Assembly (NCBI GenBank): GCA_016931775.1
Contig: JAFGEC010000512.1
Coordinates: forward strand, 460 to 64,459
Reading direction: 5' to 3'
From: Candidatus Zhuqueibacterota bacterium
GTDB lineage: Bacteria > Zhuqueibacterota > Zhuqueibacteria > Residuimicrobiales > JAFGEC01
Length of the DNA: 64,000 nt
Positions 31,270 through 40,860 of the stretch are shown in pieces (position 1 is the stretch's first letter; each line of letters begins with the position of its first letter). The notes under the pieces are model-generated. The model searched no databases and was not told the origin of the DNA. It saw nothing but the letters and a program-made list of their open reading frames with translations. The translations under genes and the position numbers were made by a program.

Positions 31270-32505
31270 TCACTCATTTCGAATGGATTTTACCGGATCC
31301 ATTTTAGCGGCTTTTTGTGCGGGATAAATGGCGGCAATAAAGGTGATCAGAATTGAAGCAATGCCGATCATGAAAAAATCCGGCCACTTGACCAGGACCG
31401 GCAGGCTGGGAATAATATATAAATTTGAAGGCAGGGCAAAAAATTTCCAAGTCATCTGCGCCCAGCAGAAACCATAACCGAAAACAATACCGATGGTCGT
31501 TCCCGTGATACCGACCAAAAGTCCTTCAAAGGTAAAAATTCTCCTGATACTTTGCCGGGTCGCCCCCATGGATTTCAAAATACCGATCTCCTGGGTTTTT
31601 TCCATGGTCACCATTGACATCGTGCTGACGATATTAAATGCAGCAACCATAACAATAAGACTGAGAATAACAAATGCGGCTATTTTTTCCAGCTGCATGG
31701 CGGCAAACAGGTTTCGATTCATATCGAACCATGTTAAAATATCGACGGAGCCATCCAGAACCTCACTCAGTTTTTTTGCCGTTCGTTTCGCCTTATAATG
31801 GTCCTTCAGGCGCATTTCAATTCCTGTGACCCGTTGGCCAAGACGGAACACTTTTTGGGCCGATTCAATGGAGACATACGCCATATTGCTGTCAAACTCG
31901 TTCAATCCGGTTTCAAAGTATCCCGTTACAAAGAACTGCTTAAAATACGGCAACTGATCCATGTTTTTCATGCCGGTCAGACTGTAAACGGTCACGATGT
32001 CCCCGAGTGTCACAACCATTTGATCGGCCAGGGCATACCCCAAAACAATTCCCGGCAGTTCTCTGCCCTCTATCTCGGTTTTCCCAAGCTCCAGATTGCC
32101 GAAATTGATATTCTCAATGATTCCTGAAACTTTTACGGCAGTCTCAGGTTCTATCCCGCGTAAAACAAAACCCGTAGAGGCCTCGCTTGACATGATGAGT
32201 GCCTTGTCCTCGATAAAGGGTGTTAAAGCTACAATATCAGGCTGATTTTTTAAAAGATCTAAAATTTTGTCATATTTTTCAATTCCGGCCCGACTTTTAT
32301 CGCGGATTTGCAGGTGGCTTGAAATACCAATAAATCGCGAACGGACCTCGGTTTCGAATCCGTTCAGCACTGAAAGCACAATAATCAACGCCGCTACACC
32401 AACGGCAACACCGGCGACGGATATGTAAGTAATCAGGGAGATAAAACCGGTGCGTTTTTTCGACCGGAGGTAGCGCAATGCTATATATACTTCGTATGAA
32501 GACAT
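31270..32505 (-). CDS. lolE: LolC/LolE-family lipoprotein-release permease (FtsX fold)
   Basis: N-terminal TM, MacB-type periplasmic domain and a C-terminal 3-TM FtsX domain. Paralogous to the next gene. Confidence 0.8.
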   Translation of the reverse strand: MSSYEVYIALRYLRSKKRTGFISLITYISVAGVAVGVAALIIVLSVLNGFETEVRSRFIGISSHLQIRDKSRAGIEKYDKILDLLKNQPDIVALTPFIEDKALIMSSEASTGFVLRGIEPETAVKVSGIIENINFGNLELGKTEIEGRELPGIVLGYALADQMVVTLGDIVTVYSLTGMKNMDQLPYFKQFFVTGYFETGLNEFDSNMAYVSIESAQKVFRLGQRVTGIEMRLKDHYKAKRTAKKLSEVLDGSVDILTWFDMNRNLFAAMQLEKIAAFVILSLIVMVAAFNIVSTMSMVTMEKTQEIGILKSMGATRQSIRRIFTFEGLLVGITGTTIGIVFGYGFCWAQMTWKFFALPSNLYIIPSLPVLVKWPDFFMIGIASILITFIAAIYPAQKAAKMDPVKSIRNE

Positions 32506-32508
32506 GTT

Positions 32509-33741
32509 CTATTCCGTCCGTATTGCATTGATGGGATCCATCTGCGCTGCTTTGGAGGCCGGGTAAACACTGGCCACCAGTGTGATAACCATGGACACCG
32601 CCGAGATGAGGAGAACGTCGCTCCATCGTACCATAATCGGAAGCCAGCCGATAATATAAACATCGGCCGGCAGTGATAAAAAGTGGTATTCCCCTTGTAC
32701 CCAGCAAAGGATATATCCCACCAGCAATCCCGTTGCCGTTCCAATAAAACCGACAAACATACCGTCGTATACGAAAATTCGCCGGATGCTTTTTGATGTT
32801 GCGCCCAGTGATTTTAAAATTCCGATATCCCGCGTTTTTTCCATAGAGACCATGATCAGGGTGCTGACGATATTAAAAGCCGCCACCATAATAATCAAGC
32901 TAAGGATGATAAAGCCTGCCCATTTCTGAATTTTATACCATGCGAACAAATTGGCATTCAAATCCGCCCATGTCAGAGCCCGATAGGGATACCCTAGACT
33001 GTCCGTAATTTGGGCGGCAAAGGTTTCCGACCTGTCGATATCATCGAGCTTAATCTCGATGCCGGTAATTTTTTCATGCATATTGAATAACAACTGAGCG
33101 GCTTCGAGAGATATAAAGGACGTTGCGTCATCAAACTCGAACAATCCGGTACTGAATATTGCGGTTACTCGGAAGCGCATTTTCTGCGGCATTTGGCCGA
33201 AGCGGGTAATACCGGCCAAGCTGGCCTGTATGACTTCATCTCCCACCTTAATCTCCAGGCGGCGCGCCAGTTCATCTCCCACCATAATACCGTAAATGAT
33301 ATATGGATCATTTTGCTGACGGTCGAGTGCAAGATCGCCGTCCGTGATGAGATCCTCCACAGGCAAAAGGTGCCGTCCCGCATCCTGATCGATTCCTTTA
33401 ATTTGTATGGCCGTGGAACTAAAATCCGAGATGATGAGTCCCTTGCCTAGAATATAAGGGCTGACTGCATCGACATGCGGTTTGGATTTGAGCATTTCGA
33501 GTTTGTCTTTATATTGATCAAAACCGCGTTCATGAAAAGTACCCATTTTTACATGACCGTAAATGCCAATGAGTCGGGAGCGGACTTCATCTTCATAGCC
33601 GTTCATGACGGATAAAATAATTAACAGCGCTGCCACTCCAATCACCACTCCAGCGATGGCAATAAAAGTGATCAACGAAAGCAGGCCGGATTTTTTTTTC
33701 GATCCGACGTACCGTTTGGCGATAAACAGTTCAAAGGTCAT
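32509..33741 (-). CDS. lolC: LolC/LolE-family lipoprotein-release permease (FtsX fold), second copy
   Basis: Same architecture as the previous gene. The start is set at the internal MTFELFIAKRY, which is the conserved N-terminus, avoiding overlap with lysS. Confidence 0.75.
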   Translation of the reverse strand: MTFELFIAKRYVGSKKKSGLLSLITFIAIAGVVIGVAALLIILSVMNGYEDEVRSRLIGIYGHVKMGTFHERGFDQYKDKLEMLKSKPHVDAVSPYILGKGLIISDFSSTAIQIKGIDQDAGRHLLPVEDLITDGDLALDRQQNDPYIIYGIMVGDELARRLEIKVGDEVIQASLAGITRFGQMPQKMRFRVTAIFSTGLFEFDDATSFISLEAAQLLFNMHEKITGIEIKLDDIDRSETFAAQITDSLGYPYRALTWADLNANLFAWYKIQKWAGFIILSLIIMVAAFNIVSTLIMVSMEKTRDIGILKSLGATSKSIRRIFVYDGMFVGFIGTATGLLVGYILCWVQGEYHFLSLPADVYIIGWLPIMVRWSDVLLISAVSMVITLVASVYPASKAAQMDPINAIRTE

Positions 33742-33754
33742 GAACACCTGCCGT

Positions 33755-35257
33755 TTACTCTTGCCGCATGGTTGGGAAAAAGATAACGTCACGGATGGAA
33801 GCGGAATCGGTAAGCAGCATAACCAGTCTGTCGATTCCCATGCCTAATCCGGCAGTCGGCGGCATGCCATATTCTAAAGCGCGTATAAAATCTTCATCCA
33901 GGGCATGCGCTTCTTCGTCACCGGCTTCACGCATTGCAACCTGGCTTTCAAACCGTTCGCGTTGATCGATAGGATCGTTTAATTCGGAAAATGAATTGCC
34001 CATTTCTCGGCCCGCGATGTACGGTTCAAACCGCTCCACCAAGCGTGGATCGTCGCGGTGCTTTTTGGCCAGAGGTGACAGTTCGACCGGATAATCGCAA
34101 ATAAACACCGGCTGGATCAGATGGGGTTCCACCTTCTCGGAAAAAATTTCGTCCAGAATTTTAGCATTACCCCAAAAGTCCTCGAGTTCCACATCCAGCT
34201 GACCTGCGGTTTGCAGCAAGCCGTGTCTGTCCATGCCGGCCAGGTCCAAATCGGTGTATTTTTTTATGGCATCAAAAAAACTCAATCGCGGCCAGGGCGG
34301 ATCAAGGTTGATCTCCTCGCCCTGATAGTTGATTTTTGTCGTTCCGGCCACGGTTTTCGCGATAAAAGTTACCATATCTTCAACAAGGTTCATCATAAAT
34401 TTATAATCTTTATAGGCCACATAAAGTTCCATCATGGTAAACTCGGGATTGTGCGTTCTATCGATACCCTCGTTGCGGAAATCTTTACTGATCTCATAAA
34501 CACCCTCGTAACCGCCGACGATCAGTCTTTTCAGATAAAGCTCGTCGGCAATGCGCATGTACAAGGTCATGTCCAGCGCATTATGATGGGTTGTAAACGG
34601 TCTTGCAGCAGCACCGCCGTAAACGGGCTGCAACACCGGTGTCTCTACTTCAAGATAGCCCTTATTATCCAGATATTGACGCATGGCTGTGATAATCTTT
34701 GACCGGGCCACAAACGTTTCACGCACCTGAGGATTGACGACCAGATCCACATAGCGCTGCCGGTAACGCATTTCCGTGTCGGTAAAGGCGTCAAACACTT
34801 TTTTTTCTCCGTCCACAATCTGTTCTTTCACGATGGGCAACGGACGTAAATTTTTGGTCAGCAACTCAAAACCGGACACCAAAATGCTGATCTCTCCGGC
34901 ATGGGTTTTAAAAACTTTGCCTTTGATACCGACAATATCGCCTATGTCACACAATTTAAATACCGCATATTCATCCTCGCTCACCTGATCCAAACGAATA
35001 TAAAATTGAATCTTGGCTGAACTATCCATAAGGTGGGCAAAAGCTGCTTTACCCATTTTCCGGATCGACATGAGGCGGCCTGCAACGGAAACCTCTTTTT
35101 CGATATAAGAATCAAAATCCGCCAGAATATCCCCGGCGTTATGGGTGCGATCAAATTCATATGCAAAGGGATTTACGTTCATTGTGCGGAGACTGGTCAA
35201 CTTTTCCCGGCGGTCGCGCATGACGTGTCCTAAATCCATTGTTTGGTCGTTGCTCAT
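33755..35257 (-). CDS. lysS: Lysine--tRNA ligase, class II
   Basis: OB-fold anticodon domain and class-II motifs (…FRNEG…, …GGLGMGIDRLVML…). The ATG at 35257 has a GAGAGGA RBS. Confidence 0.9.
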   Translation of the reverse strand: MSNDQTMDLGHVMRDRREKLTSLRTMNVNPFAYEFDRTHNAGDILADFDSYIEKEVSVAGRLMSIRKMGKAAFAHLMDSSAKIQFYIRLDQVSEDEYAVFKLCDIGDIVGIKGKVFKTHAGEISILVSGFELLTKNLRPLPIVKEQIVDGEKKVFDAFTDTEMRYRQRYVDLVVNPQVRETFVARSKIITAMRQYLDNKGYLEVETPVLQPVYGGAAARPFTTHHNALDMTLYMRIADELYLKRLIVGGYEGVYEISKDFRNEGIDRTHNPEFTMMELYVAYKDYKFMMNLVEDMVTFIAKTVAGTTKINYQGEEINLDPPWPRLSFFDAIKKYTDLDLAGMDRHGLLQTAGQLDVELEDFWGNAKILDEIFSEKVEPHLIQPVFICDYPVELSPLAKKHRDDPRLVERFEPYIAGREMGNSFSELNDPIDQRERFESQVAMREAGDEEAHALDEDFIRALEYGMPPTAGLGMGIDRLVMLLTDSASIRDVIFFPTMRQE

Positions 35258-35272
35258 TTTTCCTCTCACTGT

Positions 35273-36371
35273 TTATTTATGTTTTCCAAGCAAAAATGCC
35301 TGGATAAAATCATCAAGATCGCCGTCCATTACTGCTGCCGTGTTACTGGTTTCTACATTGGTACGGTGATCTTTGACCATATTGTAAGGATGAAATACAT
35401 ATGATCTAATCTGACTGCCCCAGCCGATATCGCGTTTGGTGTTTTCCAGATTGGCCAGTTTTTGTTCCTCTTCCTCAAGTTTTTTCTGGTAGAGTTTGGA
35501 CAGCAGTATCTTCATGGCCGCATCCTTGTTACGGTGCTGGGAACGTTCGTTTTGACACTGGACCACAATGCCTGTGGGTATATGGGTAATACGTACGGCT
35601 GAGCTGGTTTTATTGACGTGCTGCCCGCCGGCACCACTGGCCCGGTATGTATCGATTCGAAGATCTTTTTCATCCACATCCACTTCTATTGCATTATCGA
35701 TCTCCGGATAAACGAAAACAGAAGCGAACGATGTATGCCGCCGCTTATTGGCATCAAAAGGTGAAATGCGCACCAGGCGGTGCACGCCAGCCTCGGCTTT
35801 GAGATAGCCGTAAGCGTAATCTCCCTTGATCTCGATTGACACACTTTTTATTCCTGCTTCATCACCGGCCTGGAAATCCAATATGTCAGAGTGGTATCCG
35901 CTCCGCTCGATCCAGCGCAGGTACATTCGCATGAGCATTTGCGCCCAATCCTGGGATTCGGTTCCACCTGCACCGGGATGAATGGTGAGGATGGCGTTCT
36001 TTTTGTCCTCCGGCTCACCCAGCATTTTACGAAATTCGAGTGCTAAAATCTCTTTTTCCAGCACATCGGCATCAGCTTCCAGTTCGGCTCCAATCTCTTC
36101 GTCATCCTCGTCATCAACCAGCAATAAAAGTTCTTCCAACTCACGGCATTTGTTGTCGATTTTCTGCCATGTCTGCACCCATTCGCGTCGTGTGCTGATC
36201 TCGCGCATAACTTCCTGGGCTTTTTCATTGTCGTTCCAAAAGTTGGGTTTTTGCGATTCGGCGTCCAGCTCTTTTATCTCGTTTTCCTTTTTCTCGATGT
36301 CAAAGAAACCTCCGCAGCGACAGCGAACGCTCCTTAAAATCGGCTAGCCTTGTCTTTAATTCATCGTACAT
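35273..36371 (-). CDS. prfB: Peptide chain release factor 2, expressed through a programmed +1 ribosomal frameshift. ORF0 is 23 codons; the body continues in the +1 frame.
   Basis: Minus strand reads ATG TAC GAT ... CGG AGG TTT CTT TGA C. That is an internal SD (GGAGG), then CTT, then an in-frame TGA followed by C. The +1 frame continues ...DIEKKENEIKELD...MREISTRR... into the SPF/GGQ RF2 body (...RASGAGGQHVNKT...). Confidence 0.9.
36299..36305 (-). promoter_or_regulatory. prfB autoregulatory +1 frameshift site (CUU UGA C with an upstream SD-like GGAGG)
   Basis: Sequence seen directly. This is the canonical RF2 recoding motif. Confidence 0.85.
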
Positions 36372-36696
36372 AGTATCCTCAAATCTTTAAAAACCTTAAT
36401 ATAAGGGTAATAATAATAAGAGTCAAGATTTGAAAAATTCAGGGTACCCCAAAATTTTATTTATGTTGTTAAACATTCCGATTCAATTAACCAGGCCTCT
36501 GCACTTCAATATATTTCTTTTTATCCTCTCACAGAGACATAGGGGCACAGAGATGTTAGCCGTGCAATTTGGATTTATATGTTGGTTATTCCTGTTATGT
36601 TTTTGTAGAATTAGGATTAAAAAACAATACAAAGGAAAGCGAATCAAAAAGAAAAATGACTGTATATTGGACTCGGTGAAAATTTCTCCGAATATT

Positions 36697-37071
36697 TTAA
36701 TCAGCCTCTTTTAATCGGAATTTTATTATCTTAACCACCAATTCTTCCGGTATCGGCTCATTCGCATCAAAATGAATGGTCGTCCCCTTTACGTTTAACT
36801 CCGTTAGGTCGTTTTTCATCTCGTTAACCAGATTGGGACTCATGGTATAAAACGAGCAATGGTTTTTCTGTGATGCAATACCTACCAGATCCTTTTTCAG
36901 CCGAAAGATCGGTATCTGATAACTGACGCGCTGGATACAATCGGGTACCGTTTTTAAGATGATTTTTCGAAGCCGTTCCAATGCCTGCTTTCTGTCTATT
37001 GGCAAGTTGTCGAGGTAGGCGTTTACTTCTTCGGGGGAGTTACGCGAGGCATTGGTTTTTGTAACGGCCAT
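36697..37071 (-). CDS. DUF1801 (YdhG/YdeI-like) domain protein
   Basis: ...VNAYLDNLPIDRKQALERLRKIIL...VSYQIPIF... is typical of DUF1801. Confidence 0.6.
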   Translation of the reverse strand: MAVTKTNASRNSPEEVNAYLDNLPIDRKQALERLRKIILKTVPDCIQRVSYQIPIFRLKKDLVGIASQKNHCSFYTMSPNLVNEMKNDLTELNVKGTTIHFDANEPIPEELVVKIIKFRLKEAD

Positions 37072-37263
37072 GACTTTTCCTCATCAATTAATTCTGACTC
37101 TGTTTTGATATGAAATATCTGTTTTTCAGATAACCGGATATCTTGTAACAAATCCGATATTTTCGAACTTGAATCGTATAAATCTCGGTGCATTATAAGG
37201 CTCACAGTAAAAGCATTCAAATTAAGGCCAATTTTCACCGGTCAAAAAATAAAAAACGCAATT

Positions 37264-40200
37264 TTACCGCAAAAACGTTACTTTTACAGCGCGATCAAAT
37301 CTTTCACTTTGCATTCTAATAAAATACAAACCGGAGGCAACCACAGTCCCGGCGTCATCCGATCCATTCCAAATGATTTCATGCCTTCCCCGAAGTTTAT
37401 TACCATCAAAGAGGGTGCGAACTTTTCTGCCATGAATATCAAAAACCTCAAGGCGAACAGACGCAGATTTCGGCAGAGCAAAGTTTATGACAGTTTCCGG
37501 ATTAAACGGATTGGGGAATGCGGGATAGAGTTCAAAGTTATCCGGCACCGAGTAAAAATTATTGTCAACAAAAGCCGCTGTGATGAGACTGACGTTATCC
37601 AGCTCTGCTTCACAAATTACACCGTCGGCGTGCGACGTAACGGGCATACCGAAATAAATTTCTTCATCCATAGTGATAGTCTGCACGCCGATCCTTCTCC
37701 ATGTGGTTCCATTTGGGGATTCCCAGGCAGAGATCTTGTCCCCCTCTCTCGTAAGACGTACCCAATACGGTGCACTGGTTTGTGTTCCCGCAGTATGAAC
37801 AGATGTTCCGCCAACCGTGGTACGGCGTTGAAAAGCAATGCCGTTTTGCGATGACAGGATCATCATGGCATGCTGTGATCCTGGTGTTAGTGAATTGCGA
37901 ATCATTACACCTGCCTTGGACCATGGATCGCTGTTTTCAACTGAAACGACCCTGGCCGTAATTTCGGCATCTCCCTTGATTTTCTGGTACACAAAATGAA
38001 AGGCATCGGCATTGTCCCAAATGTCGGCTCCTGAACCCCGAAGGACAAAACGATCCTGTCGCATTCCGGCAGTGCCGGCCAATAACGGCTGCCCGATATC
38101 CGTGCTTTGCCAGGGTGAGGCTAGAGGTTGGAGCTCGTTTCCAATAAATGTCAGGGACACATTATCAATATAAACTTCTCCCGGTTGCCCGCCGCAGTTA
38201 AAAACCACACGCGCAACGACATCGGTAGGGCGGGTCATTTCAAACTCGTATTTAAAATGTTTGAGCCGGCTGGTTAGCGCTGTAATCCCTATCCGGCCGT
38301 AATTGGTCTGTCTGGAATCGCCGGAGATAACTTTTGCTTCAATGGCGCGCGTCTCAGATGCATAGGCATCAAATTCAAAAGTATAATAATTATCCCTCAT
38401 GATAATGATATTATCCTGCCGTAACTGAACGTGCTCTGCATCTGACCCGCCATTGGTAATATTAATTTGATAGTATCCATCTGTATTTATCTGTCCTGTG
38501 GCACTTGCATCGCCGCTTTCTTCCAACTCCCAAAGATCCGGTGTATCAAAGCCGCCATTTTTAATGGCATTTTCACCGGGTTCCATTGTCGCAACAAGGG
38601 TATTTTCAATGCTGGAAAATTCGCCTTCGTGGCCGTTCTTATAGACTGCGGTTACACCAAAATAATACTGTGTTCCATTATTCAGGGTTCGAGCGTCAAT
38701 ATCGTACCAGGTTTGGTCCGTATCAGCCAACGGAGTGAGATTATCGGAATTTGTACCCACGTAAATTCGGTAAAAATTTACGTTGGGATCGCCGAATTTA
38801 TTAAAAATCAAGCGAACCACGGAACCGAGATTCTCGAGAATGAGGTAAGGATAGGGCATTTTACCTTCCCATTCATAACGGCGGCAACGGTAGGTTTCGA
38901 TGGCGACCACGAACATTTCCCAAACCACCTCGCCATCAGCCGTTACCTCGACCGCACGAATACGACCACCGGGAAATTCAACGAGCGTATTCCCGTTCGG
39001 CAACCGCTGTGCACTGCCCATCCAGCCTGAATACCAGTCGGGATCATGACGATACTCCCACACCTTTTCAGCTGTCATGTTACCCAGGTCCAGTTTATAT
39101 TCTACAGCCCTGGAAATTTGCGGACTCCGGTCTCGCCCGTTGTCAAACAGGAGGTAATGGTTCGGTTTGCCTACAACAGGATTTGCATCGTGCTGATAAG
39201 AAAATTTCAGGTTATCATTAATAAACTCAAAATCACTGTGCCGGCCGCCGAGTGTCCACATGACCTCTCCGGTCTTGCGATTTATTTTCATAATGGTGTG
39301 AAATTCGCGGGGAGAAATGATATAATTATCATCATAATCGATGGCAATGGAATTCATATGCACAAAATCGGTATAAGTGTCACGGATATTTACATAGGTA
39401 TCGCGTATATCCAAAAAATCCCAGGCGCGCCACTCAAAAATGACATTTTGATCCTTGTCCATTTCCTGGAAATGATGCCCCTCAACCGTCGCGTTTGGCT
39501 GCCCACCGGTAACCACATTGTTCATATTGATTCGGACCTGATCGCGTACCACCTGCAGGATGTTTCCGTTTTCAAGGATTTTAAATTCATGGTCATCTTC
39601 GTAATAACCATGCCCGGCATAAACGGTGTCGATTTCGACAAAATTTTGATCTAAAACGATATGCTTGTCTTCATAACAGTGAAAGGCAAGAACCCCCGTT
39701 GGATGAGCGGTGAAATCGCCGGTACGGGGAATACTCGTATAGCGCCGGTAGAAATAGGGCGTACCGTCGTTATCACAGATAACAATGTAATTGCCATATC
39801 CGCTGGCCAGGGTGGTTGTCGCGTAAAAAATGCGTCCCGGTGCGGTCTCGCCGTATTGATTTGTCGTGATCATGGGGAAATCACTCGGTACAGCAATGCC
39901 GTTGATCAATCGCACGGGGTATACATCCTGTTTTATTGGTGTTGGCGGTTCGTTGACCGCCGATTTGCCGAGCCAATCCAGTTCGTTCCCCGAAGTTTTT
40001 AGCGTCTGAAATGTATACTGAAAATTTTCGGCGCCTACCTGGGAGAGATGGATGGAAACGCTTATATTCTCGCCATATTTCAAGTTCTGGTTTGGTTTAA
40101 AGATAATTGTCCGGTTATCTCCGGCAAAAAATGTCGTTCCCGTGATTACCGACGTCTCTCCTGTTACACTGATCAGATTTGAAAGATTGGTAATTTTGTT

Positions 40201-40353
40201 GTTGTATGATTCCTCCAGTTTCAAAATCACAGTGGTTTTCACAGGCAGAAACTTGCTGTCCGGTAATGGAAAAATGTAGTCGATGATGGGATGGTATGGT
40301 CCAGATATCACACAACTAGACAAGAACAGAACAAAAGCGGCGATTTTTTTCAT
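37264..40353 (-). CDS. Large secreted multi-domain protein (1,029 aa) with a T9SS C-terminal domain. The central beta-propeller resembles arylsulfotransferase (ASST) and the C-terminal region a ConA/LamG-like jelly roll.
   Basis: Lipoprotein-like signal (LSSC). The T9SS CTD is FPNPFNPETVINF...VFDIHGRKV...GLYFIRM. The ASST assignment comes from remembered family resemblance only. Confidence 0.7.
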   Translation of the reverse strand: MKKIAAFVLFLSSCVISGPYHPIIDYIFPLPDSKFLPVKTTVILKLEESYNNKITNLSNLISVTGETSVITGTTFFAGDNRTIIFKPNQNLKYGENISVSIHLSQVGAENFQYTFQTLKTSGNELDWLGKSAVNEPPTPIKQDVYPVRLINGIAVPSDFPMITTNQYGETAPGRIFYATTTLASGYGNYIVICDNDGTPYFYRRYTSIPRTGDFTAHPTGVLAFHCYEDKHIVLDQNFVEIDTVYAGHGYYEDDHEFKILENGNILQVVRDQVRINMNNVVTGGQPNATVEGHHFQEMDKDQNVIFEWRAWDFLDIRDTYVNIRDTYTDFVHMNSIAIDYDDNYIISPREFHTIMKINRKTGEVMWTLGGRHSDFEFINDNLKFSYQHDANPVVGKPNHYLLFDNGRDRSPQISRAVEYKLDLGNMTAEKVWEYRHDPDWYSGWMGSAQRLPNGNTLVEFPGGRIRAVEVTADGEVVWEMFVVAIETYRCRRYEWEGKMPYPYLILENLGSVVRLIFNKFGDPNVNFYRIYVGTNSDNLTPLADTDQTWYDIDARTLNNGTQYYFGVTAVYKNGHEGEFSSIENTLVATMEPGENAIKNGGFDTPDLWELEESGDASATGQINTDGYYQINITNGGSDAEHVQLRQDNIIIMRDNYYTFEFDAYASETRAIEAKVISGDSRQTNYGRIGITALTSRLKHFKYEFEMTRPTDVVARVVFNCGGQPGEVYIDNVSLTFIGNELQPLASPWQSTDIGQPLLAGTAGMRQDRFVLRGSGADIWDNADAFHFVYQKIKGDAEITARVVSVENSDPWSKAGVMIRNSLTPGSQHAMMILSSQNGIAFQRRTTVGGTSVHTAGTQTSAPYWVRLTREGDKISAWESPNGTTWRRIGVQTITMDEEIYFGMPVTSHADGVICEAELDNVSLITAAFVDNNFYSVPDNFELYPAFPNPFNPETVINFALPKSASVRLEVFDIHGRKVRTLFDGNKLRGRHEIIWNGSDDAGTVVASGLYFIRMQSERFDRAVKVTFLR

Positions 40354-40860
40354 GGCTGTCTCCTCTCCAAAAACAAACGATGAACTATGACTTGTGTCGC
40401 TTTGAGCAGAGAATTTTATCCACTAAATAGTCCTATATAAGTGGCGGGAAAGGAACTTGTAGCGCAGGTAAAAATTTTTTAGCTCAATTGTTGAATTGCT
40501 GAGGAAACATTAAATAATTTTTGATTTACAAATGAAAAATGTATCCTCCCCGGTGAACTTTTGCTGCTTAAAAGTGTTTACTTCCTTTCAGTGAATTGCA
40601 TCATCACATCGAAAAGTCGACTGATTCTCTGCATCAATATGTTAATATTATACATATTTTTTAAATAAATATCAATATTTTTATTTTTATAAAATAATAG
40701 ACAGTTGTGAAAATTAGTCTTACTGAATTGCTTTGATGATGGATTCTGGAACATTAACAGCAACCATCAACAATAAAGAAGCCGGCAAATTATTAAGGTA
40801 TAGGACAATTCTTTTACGTTACCTCGCTTTACGGGAAAATGCTTGCATAATCTACTCAGA

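Noticed and set aside
36430-36714. 94-aa ORF in the prfB upstream intergenic region
   Set aside because: Low-complexity composition that is Phe-, Leu- and Cys-rich and AT-driven, with no RBS. It overlaps the likely prfB promoter region, so it is probably spurious.
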